Assembly: GCA_965199855.1 (NCBI GenBank)
Contig: OZ241326.1
Coordinates: 1,728,001 to 1,792,000, forward strand
Origin: a bacterium
GTDB lineage: Bacteria > UBA8248
Length of the DNA stretch: 64,000 nucleotides
Reading direction: 5' to 3'
The position numbers and the translations under genes are program-made. Under the pieces are notes generated by a model. That model was not told where the DNA came from, searched no databases, and saw nothing but the letters and a program-made list of their open reading frames with translations. Shown here piece by piece: positions 57,301 to 64,000 of this stretch. Numbering within the stretch: the first letter of the stretch is position 1; each line of letters begins with the position of its first letter.

Positions 57301-58350
57301 GTTCAGGGGAGAATCGAGGGCGCGGCGGACGGCGAGACGACCGTGACGCTGGTCGGGGCGAGCGGGCGCGCCGTCCGTCCGGGCGCGATCGGCTCGCGGG
57401 AGGCGGCGCCCTCGGGCGCCTACGACGTGGGCGTGTCGGCGTCCGCGGGGGGCGGCGTCTCCGTCGTGAGCGTCTTCGCTCCCCGCGCGCGGGTCTATGA
57501 GGCGCTGCCCTCCGTTCTGCTGGGCATGAGCGGCCTTCTCTCGCATGAGGAGCGCATGGCGTCGCCCCGCTCGTCAAGGGGCGTCTGGGCGCGCGTGGAG
57601 GGCGCGAGCGGCGACTGGAAGGCGGACGCCTCGACCAGCGGGGGCGTGGAATACGAAGCGAGACGCTACGGCGTCCGCGTAGGCGTGGACGCCTCTCTCG
57701 GCGCGAACGCCCTGCTCGGCTTCTCCGCCCATCACGGGCGCGGCTCGGCGGATGTTGCGGACGGCGGGGATATAGAGGTTTCCGGGAACGGTCTGGGCGT
57801 CTCCGCGTCCTACATGTTCGGCGGGGGCCTCTATCTGGACGGGCAGGTCGAGGCGACCTGGCATGAGGCGGATCTGGAATCCGACCTGCGCGGCAAGCTG
57901 AAAACCGGCGTCTCCGGCTTCGGCTGGGCGGCGGGCGTCGAGCTGGGTCGCCGGGTGGAATCGGCGGGGCTCCTCTTCACGCCGAGCGCGCGTCTGACGC
58001 GGGCTTCCGTTTCGATGGACAAGTTCACGGACGCGGTGGGCTCCGCCGTCTCGCTCGAGGACGGCGACCGCTTCACGGGCGGGGTGGGGATGCGCGTGGA
58101 GAAGGAGACGGGCGCGGGGCGTCTGTTCGTCGCGGTCGGCTTCGAGCATGACTTCTCGGCGAAGACGAGCGTGGAGGTCTCGGACGTCCGGCTCGAATCC
58201 GAAGGCGAGCCCTCGAGGCTTCGCCTGCGCGCGGGCGGCGTCCGCGCCTGGAGCGACGGCGAATACGCCGTTCGCGGCTCCGTGGACTACGCGACCTCCG
58301 GCGACGGCCACGAGCTCGGCGGAAGCCTGAGCCTCCAGGTGCGGTTCTAG
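54328..58350 (+). CDS. Large autotransporter (type Va) adhesin-like protein
   Basis: RBS AAGGGGAG, signal peptide ...LGAGEAAA|Q, Gly-rich 30-aa beta-helix-like repeats, C-terminal beta barrel (GVWARVEG ... LSLQVRF); alternative GTG start at 54553. Confidence 0.88.
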   Translation: MPFAFAASLRHTAPDSPTHRLTDSPTHRLTDSPTHRLTDSPTHRLTDSPTHRLTDSPTHRLTDSPTHRNGREGRGVIARARAAALAIVLGPALVLLGAGEAAAQSGVCSSAPAAGQRIDCREGGGSADDIRIDAMNLAIPATTSHAIYARHQGSGGIDIDVSGGSLTTTGERDYAVIGWDSGASGDVDISLKDVIARTSNADSHAVIGYRQGGAGDVRIDVQGGSITTEGSGAGSHAVVVWQTGSGDIDIDVKDAAIETQGFNSNGVFGYRTGGGSGNINIDVRGGSVTSKGLGLYGVHAWARNSDGTGDIEMIVAGAVVTMERRLASAIFAENAGTGDLVVKVSDGAVARADGERSIGVRAVHGGNGGIILDLSGETVIAVEGGDSAGVQAYHTATRAVANENTTIDMTIGAGARISAPFASGVQGRLGGSNTAGVAISHAGSIRARDTGILAWASLSSGIEILRLADHEGMREPMIHVVSGGDITVGAGVMDAYVREFAAGADEALSAGERAVLGAIEAEDSDALEAALAALPGTYADAWKARARGFLSARDLSMTDQSQAVTITAEEREADRATFEILGIPRAGIRAMAIDHERISGYIRISDQDPAILAIDAASRTPEQRATLQEQRALSAAERKVLEASLLGGDLEAALEALSADYTEAEKRGIRLRATYYNEGDIRVDVTGGTILSEGDGVHARYILPNDRNGAITVTVAKGASVSGGRNGIYVGSAGLVEGSDSLRDQSVTVNGRVSGGTGAGVYMKGGGRLTVGATGVVGAESGVGVLSDGSGDLTATVAGRIEGDVRNAGGALMLTTTAGSVITGTVHDPVGPVMVPGSVGRILLAEGGEVTVPAAGRLTGVDGEALRSEAGDLRVSIAGRIKGDVRSLGGDLTATISGTVEGDVEGLGAGDHAVTVSSGGVVTGEIHLAASAVTVDGTVGSVRFDGGGTLTVGPTGRILSRAGAAVSNAEGDLGVTIHVASGERPDQAAARVQGRIEGAADGETTVTLVGASGRAVRPGAIGSREAAPSGAYDVGVSASAGGGVSVVSVFAPRARVYEALPSVLLGMSGLLSHEERMASPRSSRGVWARVEGASGDWKADASTSGGVEYEARRYGVRVGVDASLGANALLGFSAHHGRGSADVADGGDIEVSGNGLGVSASYMFGGGLYLDGQVEATWHEADLESDLRGKLKTGVSGFGWAAGVELGRRVESAGLLFTPSARLTRASVSMDKFTDAVGSAVSLEDGDRFTGGVGMRVEKETGAGRLFVAVGFEHDFSAKTSVEVSDVRLESEGEPSRLRLRAGGVRAWSDGEYAVRGSVDYATSGDGHELGGSLSLQVRF
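54368..54527 (+). repeat. Perfect octanucleotide tandem repeat (CCGACTCA)x20
   Basis: 160 bp counted directly; translates as (THRLTDSP)n. Confidence 0.97.
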
Positions 58351-58380
58351 GAGGCGGGCGAACGCCTGACGGATTCACCA

Positions 58381-58421
58381 CCGGGCGCGGGGATCCACCG
58401 ACGATCCCCGCGCCCGGTTTT
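58381..58421 (+). terminator. Intrinsic terminator of the autotransporter gene
   Basis: CCGGGCGCGGGGATC-caccgac-GATCCCCGCGCCCGG-TTTT. Confidence 0.8.
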
Positions 58422-58449
58422 CGTTTTGCGGGGTGAATCCGTTGGATCC

Positions 58450-59510
58450 GTAGGGGCGGTTCGAAAACCGCCCGCCCGCATCAACGTGAACGGCGCGGGA
58501 CGCATGAATGCGTCCCCTACAAAACCAGAACCGCCCGTAGGGGCCGCGAATTCGCGCCCCGTTCGCGGGCCCGGCGATGACGCCGCGCGCGGCGATTTGG
58601 CCCCTCCGTGGGGGGACACAACCCCCCGTGGTTGTCCGCCCCGTATCCTCATTCCGCCGGGGCCCAAGAATCCCGTAGAGGTCGTTCGGGAACGCCCCGC
58701 CGCCGCCAACCGAACGGACAATCGCCGGGTTGTCGGCCCATGCCGTCAAAACGGGCGGCTCGCGAACCGCCCCTACGAAACCATGAACCCGCGCATGGAT
58801 TGGCCGGGAACGCCCGTTCGCCGCCGCGCCCCCGGTTCCGGATTCCGGCCTTCGCCGGAATGACGGGTTTTGCGGCGGCGCGCGCCGGAGGGGAAACCCT
58901 CGCCGCCGTCTCGATGTTGTTCCCTACCAGATCGAAAGGACGCCGGGGTTGGCCTTGCGCCGTTATTCGCGGCGTCAATTCCGACAAGGCGGAGGGATTG
59001 CGGAATCCGGGGTTTTGATTTTGACAAAGGACGACCCCCGCGGCCGCCCTTCGCGCATTTCGATTGCAGGGGTGGTTCGGGAACCGCCCGCCCCGCAAAC
59101 GGGAACGGCGCGGGACGCATGAATGGAAACGCTCTCGCGTTTCACCTACAATCGAATCACGCCATCCGGCCCGTAGGGGGCATCCCCGGCCGTCATTCCG
59201 GCGAAGGCCGGAATCCAGGGTTTTGATTGCCTTCCCTTCAAAACGGGCGGTTCACGAACCGCCCCTACGAAACCGTTGCCGCCCCCGCCCGGTCGCCGCG
59301 CGCATTTGCCCGCATTTGCGCCTGCGCGGGGAGCGCGGCCTCGTGGCAGGATTCCTTCGCGTCGGGCGAGACGGCGCGGAGCGGAGCGCGTCAGGTTTTC
59401 CGCCGGGCGAGAAGGGGGGTGATAATGACGATGAAGAGCGAAACGTCCTTCGCCGCGTATCTGAGGGGTTGGTCTTTCGCCGTCATTCCGGCGGAAGCCG
59501 GAATCCAGGG
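58450..59510. repeat. BIME-like cluster of REP-type palindromes (GTAG and CGTC classes)
   Basis: GTAG-type at about 58450, 58497, 58537, 58675, 58753 and 59245; CGTC-type (CGTCATTCCGGCG.A.GCCGGAATCC) at about 58840 (rc), 59191 and 59481. Confidence 0.75.
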
Positions 59511-59768
59511 CTGGATCGTCTCCCCGCATCGGGTAGGGCGCCGCCTTTGCGGGTTCAGATGAATTCTTGCAAATTCACGGCCTTTTCAGACAAATTCACC
59601 CCCTTTTTCGCACGAATTCACCTCCTTTTCAGGGGGTAAAGAGACCTGAGAAAAATCAGAAACTACTTTATGTAATTTCTTTAACCGTATGAAAAAAATG
59701 CGATTTATGATTTCTGAAACTTTCAGACCCGCCGGATCATCGGGGTTTGCGGGGTTTCGGCGTTTTTT

Positions 59769-60983
59769 TTACGCCGGCATCACCTTCGGGTGCTCCAGCA
59801 TGTTCCTGAGCGTGGCGAGGAACTCGGCCGCCGGCGCGCCGTCGACCACGCGGTGGTCGGCGTTTATGCCGAGGTAGGCCGTCGTCCGGACGACGACCTC
59901 GCCCTCCCGCGCCACGGCGCGCTCGCGCGCCGCCCCCACCGAGAGGATGGCGGATTCGGGGCGGTTGATGACGGCGCTGAAGTGATCCACCCCGTAGGTG
60001 CCCAGGTTCGAGATGGTGAAGGTGCCGCCCTCCAGGGCGTCCAGCGCAAGCGTTCCCGCGCGGGCGGCCTCGGCGAGCGCCCGCGCCTCGCGCGAGATGG
60101 CGTCGATGGACTTGCGGTCGGCGTCCCGGATGACGGGAACCATCAGCCCCTCGCCGACGGCGACGGCCACGCCCAGGTTCACGTCGCGCATCCGCTCGAG
60201 GACGTCTCCGTTCAGGCGGACGTTCACGGCGGGGCAGCGGCGGACGGCGCGCGCGGCGTAGAAGACGACGAGGTCGTTGAGGGACACCCTGACGCCCAGA
60301 TCGCTCTCCCACGCCTGGCGGCTGGCCTCGCGCACGGCGAGGAGGTTCGTGAGGTCCACCTCGGCCTGCAGGGTGACGCGCGGCGTCTGCGACCAGCTGG
60401 CGAGCATCCGCTCGGCGATGATTTTCCGCATCCCGGCCAGAGGCGCGGCGGCCTCTACGGCGGCCGGGCCGCTCGCAGCGGCGGGGACGCCCGACGCGGC
60501 GGCCGCGCGCACGTCGGCCTGCACGATTCTGCCGCCGGGGCCCGAGCCTTTGAGGACGCGGAAATCCACCCCCAGCTCCCGCGCCACGCGCCTTGCGGCC
60601 GGGCTGGCGAAAACGCGGCCGGCGGGCGCGGGCCGGGCTGCTTCGGACGCCGCCGGAGCTTCCACCACGGGCGCCGCCGTCTCGGGGGGAGGCTCGGCCG
60701 CCTCGGCCCTCGCCGCGCCGTTGCCGAAGCCGCTCACGTCCTCTCCCTCCTCGCCGATGACGGCGACGTCCACCCCGCAGGGGACGACGTCGCCTTCTCC
60801 CGCCAGCGTTTTGAGCAGAAGCCCGCCGGCCGGCGATTCGACCTCGTATTCCACCTTGTCGGTCTGGATGTCGAGGATGATCTCGCCCTTTTCGACCGCC
60901 TCGCCCTCGTCCTTGCGCCATTTGAGGATGGCGCCTTCTTCCATGGTGAGGCCGAGCTTGGGCATCGGGAGAGGGGTGGCCAT
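59769..60983 (-). CDS. Dihydrolipoamide acyltransferase (E2) of a 2-oxoacid/acetoin dehydrogenase complex
   Basis: MPKLGLTMEEG, lipoyl TDKV, ASPAARR PSBD, GGTFTISNLG, DHRVVDGA. Confidence 0.93.
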   Translation of the reverse strand: MATPLPMPKLGLTMEEGAILKWRKDEGEAVEKGEIILDIQTDKVEYEVESPAGGLLLKTLAGEGDVVPCGVDVAVIGEEGEDVSGFGNGAARAEAAEPPPETAAPVVEAPAASEAARPAPAGRVFASPAARRVARELGVDFRVLKGSGPGGRIVQADVRAAAASGVPAAASGPAAVEAAAPLAGMRKIIAERMLASWSQTPRVTLQAEVDLTNLLAVREASRQAWESDLGVRVSLNDLVVFYAARAVRRCPAVNVRLNGDVLERMRDVNLGVAVAVGEGLMVPVIRDADRKSIDAISREARALAEAARAGTLALDALEGGTFTISNLGTYGVDHFSAVINRPESAILSVGAARERAVAREGEVVVRTTAYLGINADHRVVDGAPAAEFLATLRNMLEHPKVMPA

Positions 60984-61166
60984 GAATCTCGGCTCCTGGC
61001 TGTTTGGGCGCGTTCGGACGCCGCGCGCTCATCCGCTCGATTCGCGGAATCTAGCACGCGCCCCGCCTTCGGGCAAGAATGAGCCCGCGCCTCGCGGGGA
61101 GAAGATATCGCGCTTGCGCTTTGCGCGAATCGTGGGCTAGAGTATCCTTGATTCCGGTTGATCTGG

Positions 61167-61194
61167 AAGTGGGTCAATTGATGGCCCATTTTTT
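61167..61194 (+). promoter_or_regulatory. rimP leader hairpin (terminator/attenuator-like)
   Basis: AAGTGGGTCA-attga-TGGCCCATTTTTT immediately upstream of rimP; a GTGGG...CCCAC/T-tract hairpin is commonly found at this position. Confidence 0.55.
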
Positions 61195-61218
61195 ATTGGG
61201 CTTCGTTCGGGGGTTTTC

Positions 61219-61731
61219 GTGCGCATCGACGTCGACGGCGAGATATGGACGCGCGCCCGGGAGGCGGCTTCCGGCCTCGGGTATGAGCTGCTCGACCTCG
61301 AACTGACCGGAAGCCGGAGCCGGCGGACGCTCCGCGCGTATATCGAAAAGCCGGGGGGCGTTTCTCTCGCCGACTGCGCGGCCGTGAGCAGAGAACTCGG
61401 GGAGCGCCTTGAGGACGTCATCGAAAGTTCGTATCTCCTGGAAGTATCGAGCCCCGGCCTCGAAAGGCCCCTGCGGAGAACGCGGGATTTCGAGCGTTGC
61501 CTTGGGCGTCAGGTGAAGATGCGCCTGAGGGGTGGGCTGAAAGGGGAGAGGAAAGTTTCGGGGAAGATAGTCGGCGTTGAGGAAAATATCGTCCGTCTGC
61601 TTTCCGGAGACGGGGCGGAGGCTTCGTTTTCACTGGCGGATATCGCGAAAGCGAACCTGGAAGTGGACTGGGAAGCGGAATTTCAGGGACGAGGGGGCGA
61701 AGAGGCGCCTCGCGCCATCATGGAGGAGTAG
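61219..61731 (+). CDS. rimP: Ribosome maturation factor RimP
   Basis: GVSLADCAAVSR, YLLEVSSPGLERPL. Confidence 0.95.
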   Translation: MRIDVDGEIWTRAREAASGLGYELLDLELTGSRSRRTLRAYIEKPGGVSLADCAAVSRELGERLEDVIESSYLLEVSSPGLERPLRRTRDFERCLGRQVKMRLRGGLKGERKVSGKIVGVEENIVRLLSGDGAEASFSLADIAKANLEVDWEAEFQGRGGEEAPRAIMEE

Positions 61732-61735
61732 GTTC

Positions 61736-63088
61736 GTGAATCAAGAACTGATCGCCGTCCTGACGCAGCTGGAGCGCGAGCGAGGCGTTGACAAGGAGAT
61801 TCTCCTCGACACGCTGAAGGTCGCCATGGCGTCCGCCGCCAAGAAGCACTACGGCCTGGGCAAGAACGTCGATGTGTCGTTTGACGAGCAGACCGGCGAA
61901 ATCGGCGTGAAGGCGGCGAAAGAGGTCGTCCGGATTATCCAGAGTCCCCAGAACGAAATCCTGCTGGATGAGGCGCGCCGGGAGAATCCCGACATTCAGG
62001 TGGGGGATTTCCTTTCGCGCGACGTCGAGACCGTGGGGCTGGGCAGGATCGCCGCGCAAATCGCCAAGCAGGTGATACTCCAGCGGGTCCGGGAAGCCGA
62101 GCGCGCGAACATTTACGCGGAATTCAAGGATCGGGCGGGCGACTTGATCACCGGTTCCGTCTCGCAGGTGGAGCGCGGCAACATCTATGTGGATATCGGG
62201 CGCACGGAGGCCATTCTCCCGCGCCGGGAGCAGATATTCCGGGAAGTCTATAAGCGCGGAGACCGCATCCGCGCCTACATCATGGAGGTGCGGGAGATAA
62301 CGAAGGGCCCGCAGGTGATTCTCAGCAGAACGCATCCCGGTCTGCTCACCCGCCTGTTTGAAATGGAAGTGCCCGAAATCTACGACGGAATCGTCGTCAT
62401 CAAGGGTTGCGTGCGGGAGCCGAGCGGGCGCTCGAAAATCTCGGTCGTGAGCCACGAGCGCGATATCGACCCCGTAGGCGCCTGCGTGGGGACGAGAGGC
62501 AGCCGCGTGCAGTCGATTGTGCAGGAGCTTCGGGGGGAGAAGATCGACATCATCGCCTGGAGCGACGACATACGCACCTATGCGGCGAACGCGCTCAGCC
62601 CCGCCAAGATACAGCACATCACCCTGGTTGAGGACGAAGGACGCATGGAGGTGCTGGTGCCTGACGATCAGCTCTCTCTCGCTATCGGGAAGGGCGGCCA
62701 GAACGTTCGCTTGGCGGCGAAGCTGCTGGGCTGGAAGATCGACCTGCAGGGCGAGGGCGAGTACCGGCGGCTCATCGCCGAGCAGGCGTTTTCGAGCGAT
62801 GAGGGAGACGGCGAGAAAGCCGCCGCCGCGGAAGGGGAGCAGGCGGGCGCGCCCGCGGCGGAAGCCGGCGCGGAGGCGCCCAACGAGCTGGAGGAGCTCG
62901 ACCTCGTCGGCGAGAAAATGGCGCGACTTTTGGCGGACAACGGCTTTTCCACGATTGCGGCGATCGGCGCGGCGTCGATGGAGTCGTTGTGCGAGGTTCC
63001 GGGAATCGGCCCCAAGCGGGCCGCCATGCTCATTGAAGCGGCGCAATCCTATGAAGAGGCCGCCGGCGCGGAGCTTTCCGAGGCGTGA
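61736..63088 (+). CDS. nusA: Transcription termination/antitermination factor NusA
   Basis: GRIAAQIAKQVI, LSRTHP, DPVGACVG, LSLAIGKGGQNVRLAA, C-terminal HhH. Confidence 0.97.
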   Translation: MNQELIAVLTQLERERGVDKEILLDTLKVAMASAAKKHYGLGKNVDVSFDEQTGEIGVKAAKEVVRIIQSPQNEILLDEARRENPDIQVGDFLSRDVETVGLGRIAAQIAKQVILQRVREAERANIYAEFKDRAGDLITGSVSQVERGNIYVDIGRTEAILPRREQIFREVYKRGDRIRAYIMEVREITKGPQVILSRTHPGLLTRLFEMEVPEIYDGIVVIKGCVREPSGRSKISVVSHERDIDPVGACVGTRGSRVQSIVQELRGEKIDIIAWSDDIRTYAANALSPAKIQHITLVEDEGRMEVLVPDDQLSLAIGKGGQNVRLAAKLLGWKIDLQGEGEYRRLIAEQAFSSDEGDGEKAAAAEGEQAGAPAAEAGAEAPNELEELDLVGEKMARLLADNGFSTIAAIGAASMESLCEVPGIGPKRAAMLIEAAQSYEEAAGAELSEA

Positions 63089-63120
63089 GGTGCCTCATGA
63101 AATGACGGGAGAATGCGCGT

Positions 63121-63684
63121 TTGCCCGAGAGAACATGCGTAGTTTGCCGGAAGAAGGGGGAAGCGAACGTTTTTTTCAGAATGGTCGTCGGGCCGGAGGG
63201 GAATGTCGTTTGCGAGCTGGGCAGCGGGTTGCCGGGGAGGGGCGCTCGTTGCTGCTTCGACGTGCGTTGCGTTGAAGGGCTCACGCGCTCGAATCGCCTG
63301 GAGAACGCGCTCAGGAAAAAGCGTCTCCGCATCGACGCGGACGAGCTGATCCGCAATGCGCGGATGCTTCTCGCCCAGAATATCAAGGGGATGCTGAGCG
63401 CCTCCAGGGGAAAAGGCGTCCTCGCCCTGGGCAAAGAAGCGGCCGTCAACGAGATGAAGCTGTCGAACCCGGGAAAAGCGTTTGTTTCCAGGGATATATC
63501 CTCGAAAAACCTGGCGAACTTGAAGCGCGTGGCGGAAGAGGTTTATAGTTTGCCTTTTGACATGGAGGAGCTGGGAGGACTATTCAGAAGAAGGCCGGTT
63601 GGCGTGCTGTTCGTCGGGAACTCCCTCCTGGCGGACGGTATTCGCCTGCGCGCGATGCAGGAAAAAGCGATGAGCGCAGGCTGA
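63121..63684 (+). CDS. YlxR (DUF448) domain fused to an L7Ae/YlxQ-like domain
   Basis: PERTCVVCR, PGRGA..C...C; C-terminal DISSKN...FDMEELGGLF.R..VGV; lies between nusA and infB. Confidence 0.8.
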   Translation: MPERTCVVCRKKGEANVFFRMVVGPEGNVVCELGSGLPGRGARCCFDVRCVEGLTRSNRLENALRKKRLRIDADELIRNARMLLAQNIKGMLSASRGKGVLALGKEAAVNEMKLSNPGKAFVSRDISSKNLANLKRVAEEVYSLPFDMEELGGLFRRRPVGVLFVGNSLLADGIRLRAMQEKAMSAG

Positions 63685-63762
63685 GGCGGGGCATTTGCGG
63701 GGAGCCGCCCCGGATTCCCGTCGGACGAACTTTGAACGCGGAAGGCTTGCGTTGGAGGCTTC

Positions 63763-64000
63763 ATGCCGAACATACGAGTATATCAACTGGCGAAAGAGCT
63801 CGGATACGACAGCAGACCCTTCGTTGAGGAGCTGGCCAAGGAGGGAATCGTAGTCAAAAGCCACATGAGCACCGTCGACGATGAAACGGCGGAACTGGTG
63901 ATGGCGCTTTTCTCCCAGGAAGCGGTGAAGGAACAGAAGGCGAAACCGGAAAGCAGGCCTGAAGCGAAGCCCGCAAGGAAAAAAGCGGTCGCCCGGGATG
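63763..64000 (+). CDS. infB: Translation initiation factor IF-2, N-terminal part (runs off the window)
   Basis: MPNIRVYQLAKELG...GIVVKSHMSTVDDE IF2_N motif; RBS GGAGG; operon position. Confidence 0.9.
   Translation, partial: MPNIRVYQLAKELGYDSRPFVEELAKEGIVVKSHMSTVDDETAELVMALFSQEAVKEQKAKPESRPEAKPARKKAVARD

Noticed and set aside
54328-58350. Diversity-generating retroelement target
   Set aside because: No reverse transcriptase, and no template/variable repeat pair differing at adenines was seen
58450-59510. Palindromic repeats as a CRISPR array or integron attC array
   Set aside because: Repeats vary in sequence, orientation and spacing; no cas or integrase gene and no cassette ORFs; the pattern fits REP elements
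58347-59639. Many short ORFs downstream of the autotransporter
   Set aside because: They are translations of REP palindromes, with low-complexity Arg/Pro/Gly content and no consistent frame

Overview
GC-rich bacterial chromosomal segment. No rRNA, tRNA, CRISPR array or intact transposase was recognised; many long ORFs in the supplied track are opposite-strand shadows. Contents in order: (i) a catabolic cluster at 1-11.6 kb (SAF/UxaA-type subunit, Ldh_2 dehydrogenase, atypical Zn-MDR, two SDRs, a Liv-type ABC importer, a triple-domain Rid protein, an alpha/beta hydrolase); (ii) a fatty-acid desaturase with a long 11-mer amphipathic tail, and ilvC; (iii) a complete but atypical cytochrome c maturation operon (CcmE with CPSKF, CcmH with SxxC); (iv) more dehydrogenases, and a two-ATPase ABC importer with a CapA-family enzyme; (v) an AT-richer DNA methyltransferase-HNH fusion; (vi) HU, a frameshifted GHL10 gene, miaB and a UvrD/PcrA helicase; (vii) a small defence island (BrnA remnant, N4-C methyltransferase, BglII/BstYI-type endonuclease, AT-rich HEPN/DUF3644 gene); (viii) an AhpD/CMD-like gene split by an in-frame TGA in a CxxU motif with a SECIS-like hairpin (probable selenoprotein); (ix) a large autotransporter with a perfect (CCGACTCA)20 tract in its 5' coding region (probable phase-variation switch, currently ON), flanked by REP-like mosaics; (x) an orphan E2 acyltransferase and the rimP-nusA-ylxR-infB operon. 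All calls come from reading motifs by eye; no database searches were run.
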